Origin: Ginglymostoma cirratum
Taxonomy: Eukaryota
Direction of reading: 5' to 3'
DNA length: 64,000 nucleotides
NCBI GenBank assembly: GCA_024137785.1
Contig: JAHRHZ010000223.1
Span: 21,361,112-21,425,111 of the forward strand
Position numbers and translations under genes: made by a program. Positions 13,156 through 25,835 of the stretch are shown here, piece by piece (positions within the stretch are counted from its first letter, which is position 1; every line of letters begins with the position of its first letter). Under the pieces are notes generated by a model. That model was not told where the DNA came from and did no database searches. It was given only the letters and a program-made list of their open reading frames with translations.

Positions 13156-14168
13156 TTGAATACTTTGTCAGTTTTTTGTTATTTTGTTAGTTATTTGCAG
13201 TATGGTATGACCAAAACTACTGACCTCAAATTTAAAGGCAAAATATTAAGTGTGTGATTTCATCCAAGTATTTACATTATTGAGCGACATCAATTTATGG
13301 ATACGAGTTTTACTTCTAGATATGTTAGAAAGTATAAACTGAGGAACTAAAGCTACGGTAATGAAAAATAAATTTAGAACACGTGCCACAGAAAGATCTT
13401 CAATTCAGATAAATATTTGAAATAATATACTTAGAAAATTAACCAAGAAAAAAACATCGGGGGCAAATTTTGTTTGAAATACAATTAATTGTTATGATAC
13501 TGTAGGAGTGAACTTTAATGGATTCAGTGGTGTTTCCTATCTCTGACTCTTCTGTTCTACTGTACATATCTCTTTGCATTGTCAACAACCATTATAATTA
13601 ATATTGGGAAAAGTGCATCTGTATCCAGCTATCGTAATCTCTATGGTCTCAGCAGGTGGGCTTTGCACAGAACTTGCTGACTATGCAAAAGAAATGTGGT
13701 TTCAAAACTGTCCAATATTTGATTGATAGATCTGGTTTAAATACATTAAGAATTTAAGTTTATAATATTAAAGGCACCGAGGGGAACATTAGTGCAAAGG
13801 AACCGAATTTAGCCCCATGACTTTAAATTCTTACCATCAACACCAGTTTAATATTTGGAGTTCTGATTATGTAAAGGGATTTAAATCAGTTAAGCAAGCA
13901 CCACATTGTGAGTTAACTGCAAATAGGGTTATATTAATTTAAAATATTACATTTAACTGACATAAGATGGAGAAATAGGTTCAAGGATAAACCAATTTAG
14001 CAACATTTGCATTTATCCATGAATAGCAGGAATATTCAAAATTTACATGCGAATCTGATCTTTAGTCCTTTTGCATGAAAAACTCCAGTAATTCTGTAAA
14101 CAGACCTGAGTCAATGGAACCTTATTGATACGTATGTGGTATGAATATAATGTGTTTCTGTTTACAAA

Positions 14169-14760
14169 TGTCTGAACCTGATGGTCTTGGATCATAGCGT
14201 GTATCCAAGTGGTTCTTTTCAGATTCGGGTAAATATAATTAAGAAAAGGCTTGACAACAACAATTTGCTTAAATGTGAATGTTTATTAGGTAATAATAAA
14301 TGATTATAGTGGTAACAGTAAATGGATGAGCAAAGAGAACCAGCAACAAGTCTCACACGCTTCTGCCCTCTGGGGGCCCCTCGATCGATGGCTGGTCTGG
14401 AGGCTTAGGTTCATTTCAGGTACTGCTCACGTTTCCGAGCCGAGGAAAAGTCCCTTGGAATGAAACTCTCTCTTATAGAGTGTAACAAACAGCCAGCACA
14501 AAGAAAGCCAATACAGAAGACAAAACACAGCTATAGAAAAACGATTTGCAGGTGCCATCTTTGGCTTAAAACGGAATGTCAACAAGAGTCATCCAAGGTC
14601 ATGCAGCTTGTCGAGTATCATCAACAATTTTAGCCATTCAGCCCCTCCTATACGATATATCTTCTCATATGGCTGTCGAATATCATCATTAATTTTAGCC
14701 CATCCTATTCAGATGGTTGTTCTGAAATCTGTAAAGAGGAGCTATACACTTGAGTAACAG
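14169..14760 (-). mobile_element. Possible solo LTR (ERV/LTR-like), boundaries uncertain
   Basis: Read on the minus strand the order is a 27-bp duplicated segment, CCAAT box (~14508), TATA-like motif (~14472), then AATAAA (14282-14287). CpGs are locally retained. No TSD found. Confidence 0.35.
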
Positions 14761-15689
14761 CCAGAAAAACTTTGTAGAAACATCAGATTTGAAACAGTTG
14801 CTTTTATTGGAATTCTGTAATATCAGACTTGTCATTGACTAACTATAAATAGAGGCCATCATCCAGAAAGCATTTTTTAAAAATTGTACTTCTGGGGTAG
14901 TGCTTTTATGTTCCAACTAATGTTATTAGGACTAATTTTATAAATCTGTACTTATTATCCATGTAATAATGATGTTATTCTGTAATGTCCCTCAATGGAG
15001 AGTTATTATATCCTGTTCTGTTCATGCGAGACATTGACTTCAGTGTGGAAAACATGCTGTACTACAAAGCACAGCCAAAAACCATCATTTTGTTTTAGAT
15101 AACACCTTTAAAATGGTGATTGTGCAATAGATTAAATACGGTGTTAAATTTAATTTAAGTCAATCAAGTCATAATTGCACAATGGGAAGCACAAAAGCCC
15201 TGTCATCTACTTTCGTTGGAAGATTTGCTGCATTTATATCTTATGGATTTGTGTTCTATGATTTTGGCACTGAGAAAATATCTTTTTCATAGATGACACA
15301 CCGCATGCAAACCATACCCCTACATTTGTACACTAACAGGTTATATATGATTTATCCTTCACCATTAACTTATCTCTTTGGATGTGTATTTACAGTAATA
15401 TGTAGATACGCGTGGTAGCCAAAAAACATAGCCTTTAAATTCTCTAGGATAGTAGAAAATGATCTGTATACTGAAGGTAGAAAGAATCACGTAGCATAAC
15501 CCCAGTAGCATGGTATTTCTGAAGAGATTTTTGTGTGTTCATTATGGCTTCAACAAAGGTTTCTAATTTGCAATTTAAAACGCTGCCTTGTCATTAAGTG
15601 GTAAGAAGGTTTATTGGACTAATTCTGTGGGTAAATGGGTTAACTTAGGGAACTTATAAACAAGGAGCAGATGTGGTGTTCTTATTGGC

Positions 15690-15791
15690 AAATGTAAGAT
15701 TCTGAGGACTTTTGACGGGGAATGTGCTGAGAGGATTTTTTTCCTTCCTGCTGGATTCCAGAACAAGGGGACATAGTTTTAAAATTGGGCA
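15690..15791 (+). mobile_element. CR1 LINE 3' region, left half of a split element
   Basis: Ends ..ggacatagttttaaaattggg and resumes at ~20698 (caccatttaaaactgagatgagagaaatt..). Confidence 0.7.
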
Positions 15792-17496
15792 GATCATACA
15801 AACATGTGAACATCTAAATAGAAGCAGAAGTAGACCATTCGGCTCTTTGAGCTGGCTCTGTCATTGAATAAGTTTTTGGCTTATTGTGTTTTGAATTCAC
15901 GTTCCTGCCCATCACCATTAAGTCTGATTCGCCTACCCAACAAGAATCTATTGAGCACTGTCTTGAAAATTTCAATGATCCTGCCTCCACTGCTTTCTGA
16001 TGTAAAGAGTTCCAAAGTGGCACCATCCTCTGAGAGAAAAAATCCAGAACATCTCCGTTACGAAATAACATCCTCTAATGTTTGATTTGTGACCCCTGGT
16101 TCTTGACTGACTTTCAAGAGGAAACCTATATTTCACATCCGCCTTGTTAAGGTCATTCAAGATCGTCTTCACTTCAATCAAGTCACACCATGTACCCACC
16201 CCACCCCCACCCCAACCCCCACCTCACCCCCCCACAACTCTTCAAAACTCCAGTAGAAACAAACCCACCCTGTTCAAACTGTCCTCATGATACAAACTGC
16301 TCATTCTAGGCATCAGTGTAGTAGCCCTCCTCCTCTACCACTATGCAGTTAAATCCTTCCTTACTAAAGGAAACCAAAACAGCACACTATATTTGAGATA
16401 TATAGCCCTGTAGAGCTGAAATGTAACTTATTTATTTTTATCTTCAATTTCTTCCCTTTAGCCTTCTTGATCACAACTATATTTGCAAACTAATCTTCTG
16501 TGACTCGCACACCAGAACACCCTTTAGAAACTCCAAATTATTCCTTTTTCTCAATCATTAGATAAGGGCTGGCCAGCATTTATTACCTGTCCCTGGTTGC
16601 TCTTGAGAAGGTGTTGGTGAGCTGCCTTCTTGAACTGCCGCAGTCTATGTGCTATAGGTAGACCCACAATGCTGTTAGGAAGGAAATTCCAGGATGTCGG
16701 ACAAGAAACAGAGAAGGAATGGCGCTATATTTCCAAACCAGAATGATGAATGACTTGGAGGGAAACTTGCAGGTGGTGGTGTTCCTACGTATCTGTTGCA
16801 CTTGTGTTTTTAGATTGAAATGATCGTGTGTTGGAAGGTACTATCTAAGGATCTTTGGTGAATTCTACAGTCCCTGCCAAAGTGGACAACTTTATATTTT
16901 CTCAAATAGTATTCTATCTGCCAGATATTTTGCCTACTCACTCAATCTACTTATATCTGTCTGCAATTTTGTTATATTTTCTTCACAGCATACTTTCCAA
17001 CCTATCTTTGTGTCATTTATGAATTTAGCTACAATGCCTTCAATCCCCTCATTTAAGTCATTGCTGCAAATTGTAAAAAGTTGAGGCCCCAGCACAGAAA
17101 GCTGTGGGACTCTACTCATCACATCCTGCCAATTACACAAAGACTCATAAATGCATATTCTCTGTTTTCTGCCAACCAGCCAATGGTCTGTCCATGCTAA
17201 ACCTTCACCATGAGCTTTTATGCTCCATAATAACCTTTGATCTGGCATCTAATTGAATGTTTTCTGGAAATCCAAATATGCTATGTCTTCAGGCTCTCCT
17301 TTCTCCACAGTGTATTATACACTTTCAAAGAACTTTAGTCAGTTGGTTAAACATGACTTCTCTTTGACGCTTCCCGATTACTTTGATTTTCTAAGTGTTG
17401 AGCTATAACTTCTTCTTTGATCGATTATAACACTTTGCCCCGACAGACATCAAATGAACTGGTCTATAGTTTCCTGTTTTCTGCCTCCCTCTCTTC
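15792..17496 (-). mobile_element. CR1 LINE (3' tail and RT), interrupted
   Basis: ORF 16934-17248 has SRVPQLSVLGPQLFTICSNDL..KFINDTKIG, a decayed SGVPQGSVLGP/KFADDTK. ORF 15814-16071 has the FFSQRMVPLWNSL C-terminal motif. Confidence 0.9.
16563..16868 (-). mobile_element. Family B LINE 3' end nested in CR1
   Basis: gggctggccagcatttattacc..ggatctttggtgaattctacag, matching 23385-23670. Confidence 0.85.
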
Positions 17497-20046
17497 GTAG
17501 AACATAGATCAGAACGTAGAACAGTACAGCACGGGAACAGGCCCTTCAGCCCACCATGTCTGTGTCGGCCATGATACTATTCTGAACTACTCTCATCTGC
17601 CTGCACATGGTCCATATCCCTCTATTGCCTGCCTGGTAATATGTCTGTCCAAATGCCTCTTAAATGTTGCAATTGAATCTGCTTATACCACTTCCCCTGG
17701 CAGCACATTCTAGGCACCTATCAGCCTAAAAACTTGCCTTGCACATCTCTTTTAAACTTTCCCCTTCACCTTCAACCTATGACCCCTTGTATTTGACATT
17801 CCACCCTGGGAAAAAAACTCTGAATATCCACTCTATCCATGCCTCTTATGATTTTATATACTTCTATCAGGTAACCCCTCAGTCTCATACACTCCAGCCC
17901 AGGCAACATCCAGGTAAACCTCTTTTGCACTGTCTCCAAAGCCTCCAAATCTTTCCTATAGTGTGGTGACCACAGCTGCATAAATTACTTCAAATGTGGC
18001 CTAACTAAAGTCTTATACAACCGCAACATGACTTGCCAACTTTTGTACCCATACCCCACCAATGAAGGCAAGCATGCTCTGTCTTCTTTACCACTTTATC
18101 CACTTGTGCTGCCATTCTTGGGGAGTTAAGGACTTCCACCCCAAGATCTCTCTGTATGTCAATGTTCCTCAGGGTCCTGCCATTTACTGTAAACTCTCTT
18201 CTTGCATTTGACCTCCCTAAATGCATCACCTCACACTTGCCTTATAAAACTCCGTCTGCAGTCTCTCGGCCCAACTTTCTGACTTATCTATGCACTGTCA
18301 TATCCTCCTGCACTGTCCACAGCTCCAACAGTTTTTGTATCATCTGCAAACTTACCATTCAGACCATCTACATTTTCATCTAAATCATTTATGTCACAGA
18401 CAACAGTGGTCCCAGCATTTATCCTTGCGGAACACCACTGATCACAGGCCTCCAGTCAGAAAAAAAGTCTCATCACACCTACTCTCTGCCTTTTATGATG
18501 AAGCCAGTTTTATATCCAATTTACTGACTCACTGTGGATCCCATGTGATGTAATCTTCTGGACCAGCCTATCATACTTGGATAAATTTTATGTAGACAGC
18601 GTCCACAGCCCTTCCTTCATTCATCATCTTCATCACTTCCTTAAAGAAAACTCAATCAAATTTGTGAGTCTGGACCTCCACCACACTAAGCCATGCTGAC
18701 TAACCCTAAAGTCTATTCTTCTCCAAATTTGTCCCTAAGAACCTTGTCCAATAATTTTCTTACCACTGACATAATGCTCATCAGCCTACAATTTCCTGGA
18801 TCATCCCTGTTGCCCTTTTTAAACAAAGGAATAACATTGGCTATTCTCCAGTCTTCTGGGATGTCACCTGTGGCAAAAGAAGATATAAAGATCTCTGTCA
18901 AGGCCCAAACAACGTCTTCCCTTTCGTCCTTCAACATCCTAGGGTATATCCCATCAGGATCTCAGGACTTATCCATCTTAATGTTTTTCAAGACACCCAA
19001 CATCTCCTCCTTTTTAATATTGACATGTCCTAGGATATCAACATACCCCTCTCTAACCTTTCCATCATCATGTCCTTCTCCATGGTGAATACCAATGTAA
19101 AGTACTCATAAAGGTCCTCCTCACTTACCACCTCATGCATAAATTCCCTGCTTTGTCCTTGAGTGGACCTACTCTTTCCCTAGCTACACTCTTGCACCTA
19201 ATATACATATAAAACGTCTTTGGATTCCCATTAATCCTACTTTCCAAAGCATGACTCTTTTTAGTCCTCCTAATGTCTTGCTTAACTTCTCTCCTTCTTC
19301 CTTTATAGTCCTCAAGGGCCTTGTCTGATTTCAGTTCCCTGAATCCCACAATGCTTCCTTTTTCTTTTTGATGAAGCTTTCAAGATCTCCAGCCACGCAG
19401 GGTTCCCAAATCTTGCCATCCTTATCTTTTATCCTCATTGGAACATGCTAGTCCTGAACTCTGAACAGTTGACCTTTAAAAGACTCCCACTTGTTAGATG
19501 TGGATTTACCCCCAAAAAGCCATCCCAAGTCTAATTTCTCCAGTTCTTGCCTAATACTGTTTTCATCTAATTTATTACTTTCAGCTGAGAACCAGTCTTA
19601 TCCTTATTCATAACAATCTTAAAACTTACGGAATTATGATCATCGTTCCCAAAATGCTTCACTACTGAAACTTTGATCACTTGGCCAAGCTTACTCCTCA
19701 ATACAAGACTTAATATGGCCTCTCTCCCTAGTTGGACAATCTACATATTATTTCAAGAAATATTCCTGGAAATACTTAACAAATTCTGCACCATCTAAGC
19801 CCATGGCAATAAGGGAGTCCCTATTGTTTTTACATCTTTCCATAATCGGTCTGCATATCTGTTTGTCTAACTCCTGCTGGCTATTGGGAGGCTTGTCATC
19901 ATATTCCTGAGTTCTACCCATTTGGCCTCAATGGATGAGGCCTCCAAGATACCCTCTCGTAGTGTAGCTGTGACATTCTCCTTAATCAGTTGCGCAACTC
20001 CCCCACCCCTTTTACGTCTATCATGTCTGAAGCATTTAAAACCTAC
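17497..20046 (-). mobile_element. HER1/CR1-type LINE, 5'-truncated, ~2.5 kb, nested
   Basis: Tail tagaacatagatcagaacgtagaacagtacagc. ORF2 fragments WSPHYRKDLEALETVQKRFT, MHLGRSN and IPEDWRIANVIPLFKKGNRDDPGN, with many frameshifts and stops. Confidence 0.92.
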
Positions 20047-20697
20047 TTGATTGGAGGTTTTTTTTTCTACTTTACAATTTGCTAGAACCTTTCCTAAATC
20101 TAGGGATTTTTTTGGGAAATTTACACCAACACATCTACTACCTCTTTTAAATTTTAAGGATTAAATCCATCTGGACCTGGAAGCTTGTCAGCCTCCAGTT
20201 CCATCAGTTGCTGAGTACAAATTGCTTCATGATTGTAGTTTTGGTAAGTTCCTCTCTCTCCCTTCCACCACCTGATTTACAGCCATTACTGAAATATCTT
20301 TTTGTATTCTCTATAGTGAAGGCAAAATACTTGTTCACTTCATCCATCATTTCTTCACTATACACTATTAACTCTCCATTCTTACTTTCCAGAGGACAAA
20401 TACTCATTTCACTTACACTTTTTCTTTTTAAATATCTAAAGAAATTCTCGCTATCCATTTTTACTTTTTCTGGCTAGTTTCCACACAACTGTAATTTCTT
20501 CCTCCTGAATTTAGTCATTTGCTACTATTCTTTATATTCTGACCAATCATCGAACCTGTCACTAACCAATGTGCAGATGCATGTCTTTTCCTTAATTTTG
20601 ATTCTTCCCCTAACTTCTTCATTAGCAATAGATGGTGGGTCATTCCTTTAGAATTTTTATTTTCTCGTAGGAATTAACTATTTTGAATGTACTGAAA
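20047..20697 (-). mobile_element. Continuation of the CR1 that starts at 15792
   Basis: Resumes the CR1 sequence broken at 17496. ORF 20204-20458 (FFRYLKRK..PLESKNGELI..VNKYFA) is CR1 ORF2 linker sequence. Confidence 0.8.
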
Positions 20698-20985
20698 TGT
20701 CACCATTTAAAACTGAGATGAGAGAAATTCGTTCTCTCAAAGTGTTGTAAATCTTTGGAATTCTCGATTCCATATTGCAGCAAAGGCTGGGTCAGTGAAT
20801 ATATTTAAGGCTGAGTTAGAGAGTTTCTTTGTGTAAAAGGGAGCCGAGGGTAACTGGGGACAGGCAGGACTGTAGAGCTAAGGTTACAATCAGATCAGCA
20901 ACCATCTTATTGAATGGTGAAACAGGCTCAAGGGGCCAAGCGACCTATTTCCGGTCCTACTTCTTTTGATCTTGTGTTCTGAGAA
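20698..20985 (+). mobile_element. CR1 LINE 3' end, right half of the split element
   Basis: ttctctcaaagtgttgtaaatctttggaattctc followed by the 3' hairpin/tail acaggctcaaggggccaagcgacct..cttgtgttct. Confidence 0.85.
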
Positions 20986-23340
20986 AAGATTAATATTGAA
21001 ACACAAGCGATTTAATTGGGGATTGAAACCAGAGTCAAATAATCACTATCACTTTCCAGAGGTATTGCATTTGGAGAGAAAATTGTTTTTAAAATCAGAA
21101 TTGAAATTGTGAAGCCTTTGTTTTACTGTTAATCAGGATTATAAAGTCAATTTATAAAATGTTCTTTTTATTGAAGTGGCTGAAGAAAACAATAAATTTC
21201 CTTTGAAGCTAGTATCAGTGAATCACGAGGTAAGAGTAACTTTGTCACTTTACTGTGTATAATTTGCTATTAGTAGAATAAGGTGTAATTTTACTGAACA
21301 AAAAATGCAATCCTGACACATAATTGCCTTCTGTGCTGACATCTTTGACAGGGGACTTAGCTTGTTTTATTCACATTATGTAAAATAGAGATGGCATTCT
21401 GCAGTAAATTTAACTTTAAACTTGCTCTTCAGAAAAATGGCACCTTCTTTCTGAATATTCTCGTCATGATATGAATTTTACTGGTTACAGTGTCTCGTTG
21501 TAAGAGCTAAATTGTGGAATTAAAAGTGTCACTATCACTTTTTTGTCCTCTCCTTATTTTCCCCCTTTGTTGATCTAATCGAGGGATTCTATATAGAATA
21601 CCATCTCTTCTCATTTGAGTTATTTCTGAAACTGATTGCTGAACCATAAAGATTATATGCTGTTTGTTTGCAAAAATAACTTGGAAGTGATCCAACATAT
21701 AATCTTTTCTTAAAACAAAATTGCATTTGTATATATTTCATTAATACGTTCAGATAAATATTTGAGAGCATGGAGTGTTAGCATTCTGCTTGTCACTAAC
21801 CCTATCTATATGTCACCTTTTATGGTTTAATTATCAGACAATTACTGTTTCTTCATTTGTAATGCAATCATTTCTCTTCTCATTTGTATTTAGAAGAAAA
21901 TATCTAAGCATAAAGAAACTGCCTCTAATTGGGCAAGGAATTGCAACTTGATAGTTTAGTTGTCAGTTGGAACATGGGGCCGTTCACATTTAAGGCTTGA
22001 AATACAAATTATCAACTGAATTGTAATACTTAAAACCTATTATTTGTGTAAAATGAACAAAAAAAAACTAAGTTGCTATATTGGGTCCCTAATGTGGAAG
22101 AGACATCATTTTGTTGCCAAAGCTCCCCTACAATGAAAGCAAGAAATTCATTGAGCAAATAATGCCACATTTTCCTAACTTTGGGGATTAGATTATCTCT
22201 CAATCTTTGCCATGGTCTGGTTTGAGGAGTGTAAATATAAATGTTAGTAAGATTACAATTATTCAATTTGTTTTGAATCCAAGTATATCGTACACGTGTT
22301 TAGTGGATTTATTTTTGTGTGCGCATTGATAATGACCTGTACATGTACCCCTGTTGTTTCAAACTTCTTGCTCACCATTTAACTTTAGTTGCATTGTTGA
22401 ATACAAGTCTATCTTCAATGGACTGATCTACTTAAATCAAACCACAGTATTGGGTGGAATTTTTCCAGCCCCCGTAAGATTTGGACAACAGCAAGAAAGT
22501 TTGCTGAATATGGTAAGAATGAAAAATGAGATTTTCAATGCAGAGGAAAAAGTGTTCAATTTTCTCTTTAAGCTTTTTAACAACAAGATGAGGATCTTGC
22601 TGGGAAGTGGCAAAGACCCTGTTTAGCAGGCATTAACATCATATTACATCATCTCAACTCATTGAAATACAAGTTGCTATTTTCCCAGTTACTGGTGGGA
22701 CATTGGATGGCACCACTTGAAAGAGAGTGATAGCTTGGCACCTGCAGCTCGCCAGCATTTTCTCTAGGCCTCCATCTTGATCAGCATTTCCCAACGCCTT
22801 GGGGTATTCTCCTCGGGCAGTAACCACCTGTACCTTTCATACACTATGACTGAATTCAACAAATCAGCAGCCCTACCACATCGTAGCACATCTCAGATTA
22901 ACTTATAGTACAGTTCCACACTTCATCACTCCACTTTGGAATTCAACATTACCTAACTTGCAAAGTTGCTGCTGGGCCACCTTGTGTGTAGGAGCCTGCA
23001 CCCATTACATAAGAACAGAGAGCACCTCGGGGTTTTAACCTTGCTTTCTCAGTGCTCACTCACTCTGTACTTGATTGGATACTCCCCACATCTCTGCTGT
23101 GCCCTGCCTTTTAGTGGGAAAAGAGAAGTGCCTTCTTCTCCACCAGTTCATCTATCAGGGCCTCCAGTTTCCCAGCTGTGACACAGCGTACTAATTTGTC
23201 TCCCATAGCCATGTCATTTGGCATTGCTCAGCAATATACGATGGACAGGTTCCTGGTTTGCAATGTTTGAAATGGTGCAAAGCTGTTGTTTAAATGTAAT
23301 GCCTACAGAACGAAAACCTGAAAGTCCCAGCATTGCTGAG

Positions 23341-23350
23341 NNNNNNNNNN
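23341..23350. other. Assembly gap
   Basis: Ten N bases. Confidence 1.
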
Positions 23351-23354
23351 CCTC

Positions 23355-24390
23355 GATTTTGTATTCACTCATGAACATGGCCACTGCTGGCTGGCCAGCA
23401 TTTATCACCCATCCATTGTTACACTTGAAGAGATGGTGGTGAGCTGCTGCTTGAACTGCTGCAATCACATGCTGTAGGTTGACCCACAATGTCATTAGGG
23501 AGGGAATTCAAGGATTTTGACTCAGTGACAGTGAAGGAATGGCGATATATTTTCAAGTCAGGATGGTGAGTGGCTTGGAGGGGAACTCTGCTGCTCTTGT
23601 CCTTCTAGGTGAAGTGGCTGTGGGTTTGGAAAGTCCTGTCTAAGGATCTTTAGTGAATTTCTACAATATATCTTGTAGATAGCACACACTGCTGCTACTG
23701 AGCATTGGTGGTGGAGGGAATGGATGCTTATGGATTTTTTAAAAATTCAATCAGGAGATGTGTGTATCAGGCCAGACCAGCATTTATTACCAATTATTAA
23801 TTGCCCTATTGGCAGTTAAGTGTCAACCACATTGCTGTGCTTGTGGAGCCATATATAGTCCAGACCGGTTAAGGATGGCAGTTTCCTTCCTTCAAAGACA
23901 TTAGTGATCCAGATGGGCTTTCCCTGACAATTGACAATGTTTCATGGTATTCATTAAGTTCCCAATTCCAGATATTAATTGAATTCATTTTCCACTATCT
24001 ATCATGACAGGTTTCAAATCCAGGTCCCCAGAATATTATCAGGGTCTCTGGACTAATAGTCTAGTGATAACAGCACTAGGCCATCAGCTCCCAGATGTGA
24101 TGCTAATCAAGTGGGCTGCATTGTCCTGGATGGTGTCAGACTTATTGAGTGTTGTGGGAGCTGCACCAATCCAATCAAGTGGGGAATATTCCGTCACTCT
24201 CCTGATTTGTGCCTTGTAGATGGTGGACAGGCTTTGGGGAGTCAGGAGGTTTGTTACTCTCTAGTATTCCTAGCGTCTGACCTGGTCTTGTGGCCACTGT
24301 GCTTATGTGGTTAGTCCAGTTGAGTTTCTTGTCAATGGTAACCCTCAGGATGTTGATAGTGGTGCATTCAGTGAAGGTAACACCATTGGA
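23355..24390 (-). mobile_element. Family B LINE 3' ~0.7 kb, split by a SINE
   Basis: ORF 24175-24483 includes TTINILRVTIDKKLNWTNHISTVATRPGQTLGIL, the post-RT region of CR1/L2-group ORF2. The tail lies at 23355-23420. Confidence 0.88.
23736..24092 (-). mobile_element. tRNA-headed SINE sharing body and tail with family B LINE
   Basis: Minus strand begins gggagctgatggcctagtg (A-box-like) ..ggatttgaaacc (B-box-like). Body matches 60092-60270; tail aataaatgctggtctggcc matches the family B tail. Confidence 0.85.
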
Positions 24391-24742
24391 TGTATACTTT
24401 ACAATATCTCGTGAAACGAACACCTTATTATTCTGCATGTTATGTTGTTTAGGGATAACAATTGCTAACTGGGGAAATTTCAATTTTCTCCTCTATTAGG
24501 AGTTTGAGCAATCTGACTTGGGGCTAGATTTTACAGCCTTTCATTGATGTATTTAAAAGTTAAGGCACTTGTAGAATGCAGAATAGCCTTCCTGTCACCT
24601 TCTCAACTCACTGACCTGTCTCCTATCTGGAGGGTGGTGGAGGTTTCAAGCCTTAGGTTTTGAGGCCCTTAAATGGCTAATTAATGGCTATTGAAGTGCC
24701 CCATCCTTCTGCTACTGATTAACCAGGCGAACAAATGAATAC

Positions 24743-24912
24743 AAAAGCAAAATACAGCAAGTGCTAGAAACCTGAAATAAAAACAGAAGATGCTGAAAAT
24801 ACCCAACAGATCAGACACTATTAATGGAGAGAAGCACTGATAGGATTTCAAGTTGGTGAAGCAAGGTGAGGTCTGATGAAAGGTCAGTGATAGGAAGTGT
24901 TAATGCTTGATG
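24743..24912. mobile_element. Old Penelope-derived short element
   Basis: aaaagcaaaatacagc..gaaataaaaacagaagatgctgaaaatac head plus a degenerate tctgatgaaaggtc..gaagtgttaa motif. Confidence 0.55.
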
Positions 24913-25284
24913 CAATCTTTTAAGGCTGTCTAGTCACTTCAGAAGGGAAGGCAGAGGAATTTAATTGAGCAGGAGTTTTCCAGTGTTCAGTTTTCCAACT
25001 ACAGCTTAAATTGTTGCTTTAAATTCTCAGAACTTTTCAGATAGGTGAGCCTTCTTGACCTTGATGGTCAATGATCCTTTTTGCTTTCATTAGCATGCCA
25101 TGACCACTGATTAACATGTGAGACTGCTGGAATTATACTCAGAGGCCCAATCTCGTTAGGCAAAAATGGGAAACTATTTTGTTCACAAACTTGGCAATTT
25201 ATCTACATTGTATAAGGTGTGTACCTCATTGGGTAGACATCTTCCTTCAAGCTCCAGTGATTATAAACCTCTTTAGTGACTTTA

Positions 25285-25445
25285 TTAACATTTTGAGCCC
25301 AGGCGGACTCTTCTTCAGAACTGATGAAGAGTCGTGCTGGATTCGGAACATTAACTCTGTTTCTGTCTCCACAGCTGCAGCCAGACCTGCTGGCTTTCTC
25401 TGTGGTTGTATCAGATTTCCAGAATCAACGATATTTTGCTTTTAC
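25285..25445. mobile_element. Penelope-derived element with back-to-back degenerate hammerhead motifs
   Basis: Minus strand: CTGAAGA-AGAGTC..GGCTC-aaaa-tgttaa. Plus strand: CTGATGA-AGAGTC..GATTC-ggaa-cattaac. The two meet at ttcagaactga. Confidence 0.7.
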
Positions 25446-25643
25446 TCTCCAGTAACTTAGCTTCTTCATAACCAAGACATTGCTTTGTGCAAGTGTAAAG
25501 GGTAAATCTTGTCCTGGTCAACTGCGCTACCCAAGTGAGCCAGCCTCACTGACTAATATCAGCAAACCTGTCTGGGACAGATAAGTGGGGGTCAACTCAA
25601 AAAGCAATACAACTCAAAAGGAGGCTGAATAGAAAAGGTTCGG

Positions 25644-25835
25644 ATAAGGCCATAAGGCCATAAGGCCATAAGACAAAGGAGCAGAAATTAGGCCATTCGG
25701 CCCACCGAGTCTGCTCCGCCATTCAATCATGGCTGTTAATTTCCTCAAACCCATTCTCCTACTTTCTCCCCGTAACCCTTGATCCCCTTGATAATCAAGA
25801 ACCTATCTATCTCAGTCTTAAGTGTACTCAATGAC
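25644..25835 (-). mobile_element. Young CR1 3' end with 8-bp microsatellite tail
   Basis: (ataaggcc)x3 followed by ggagcagaaattaggccattcggcccaccgagtctgctccgcc; CpGs retained. Confidence 0.9.

Noticed and set aside
17497-20046. Active or intact LINE ORF2
   Set aside because: It is broken into many short frames by stops, frameshifts and deletions.
21135-21236. Possible internal exon ending at gag/gtaaga
   Set aside because: The donor looks good but there is no convincing acceptor with an open frame, and no supporting neighbouring exons.
23214-23495. ORFs spanning 23341-23350
   Set aside because: They cross an assembly gap and run into a LINE tail.
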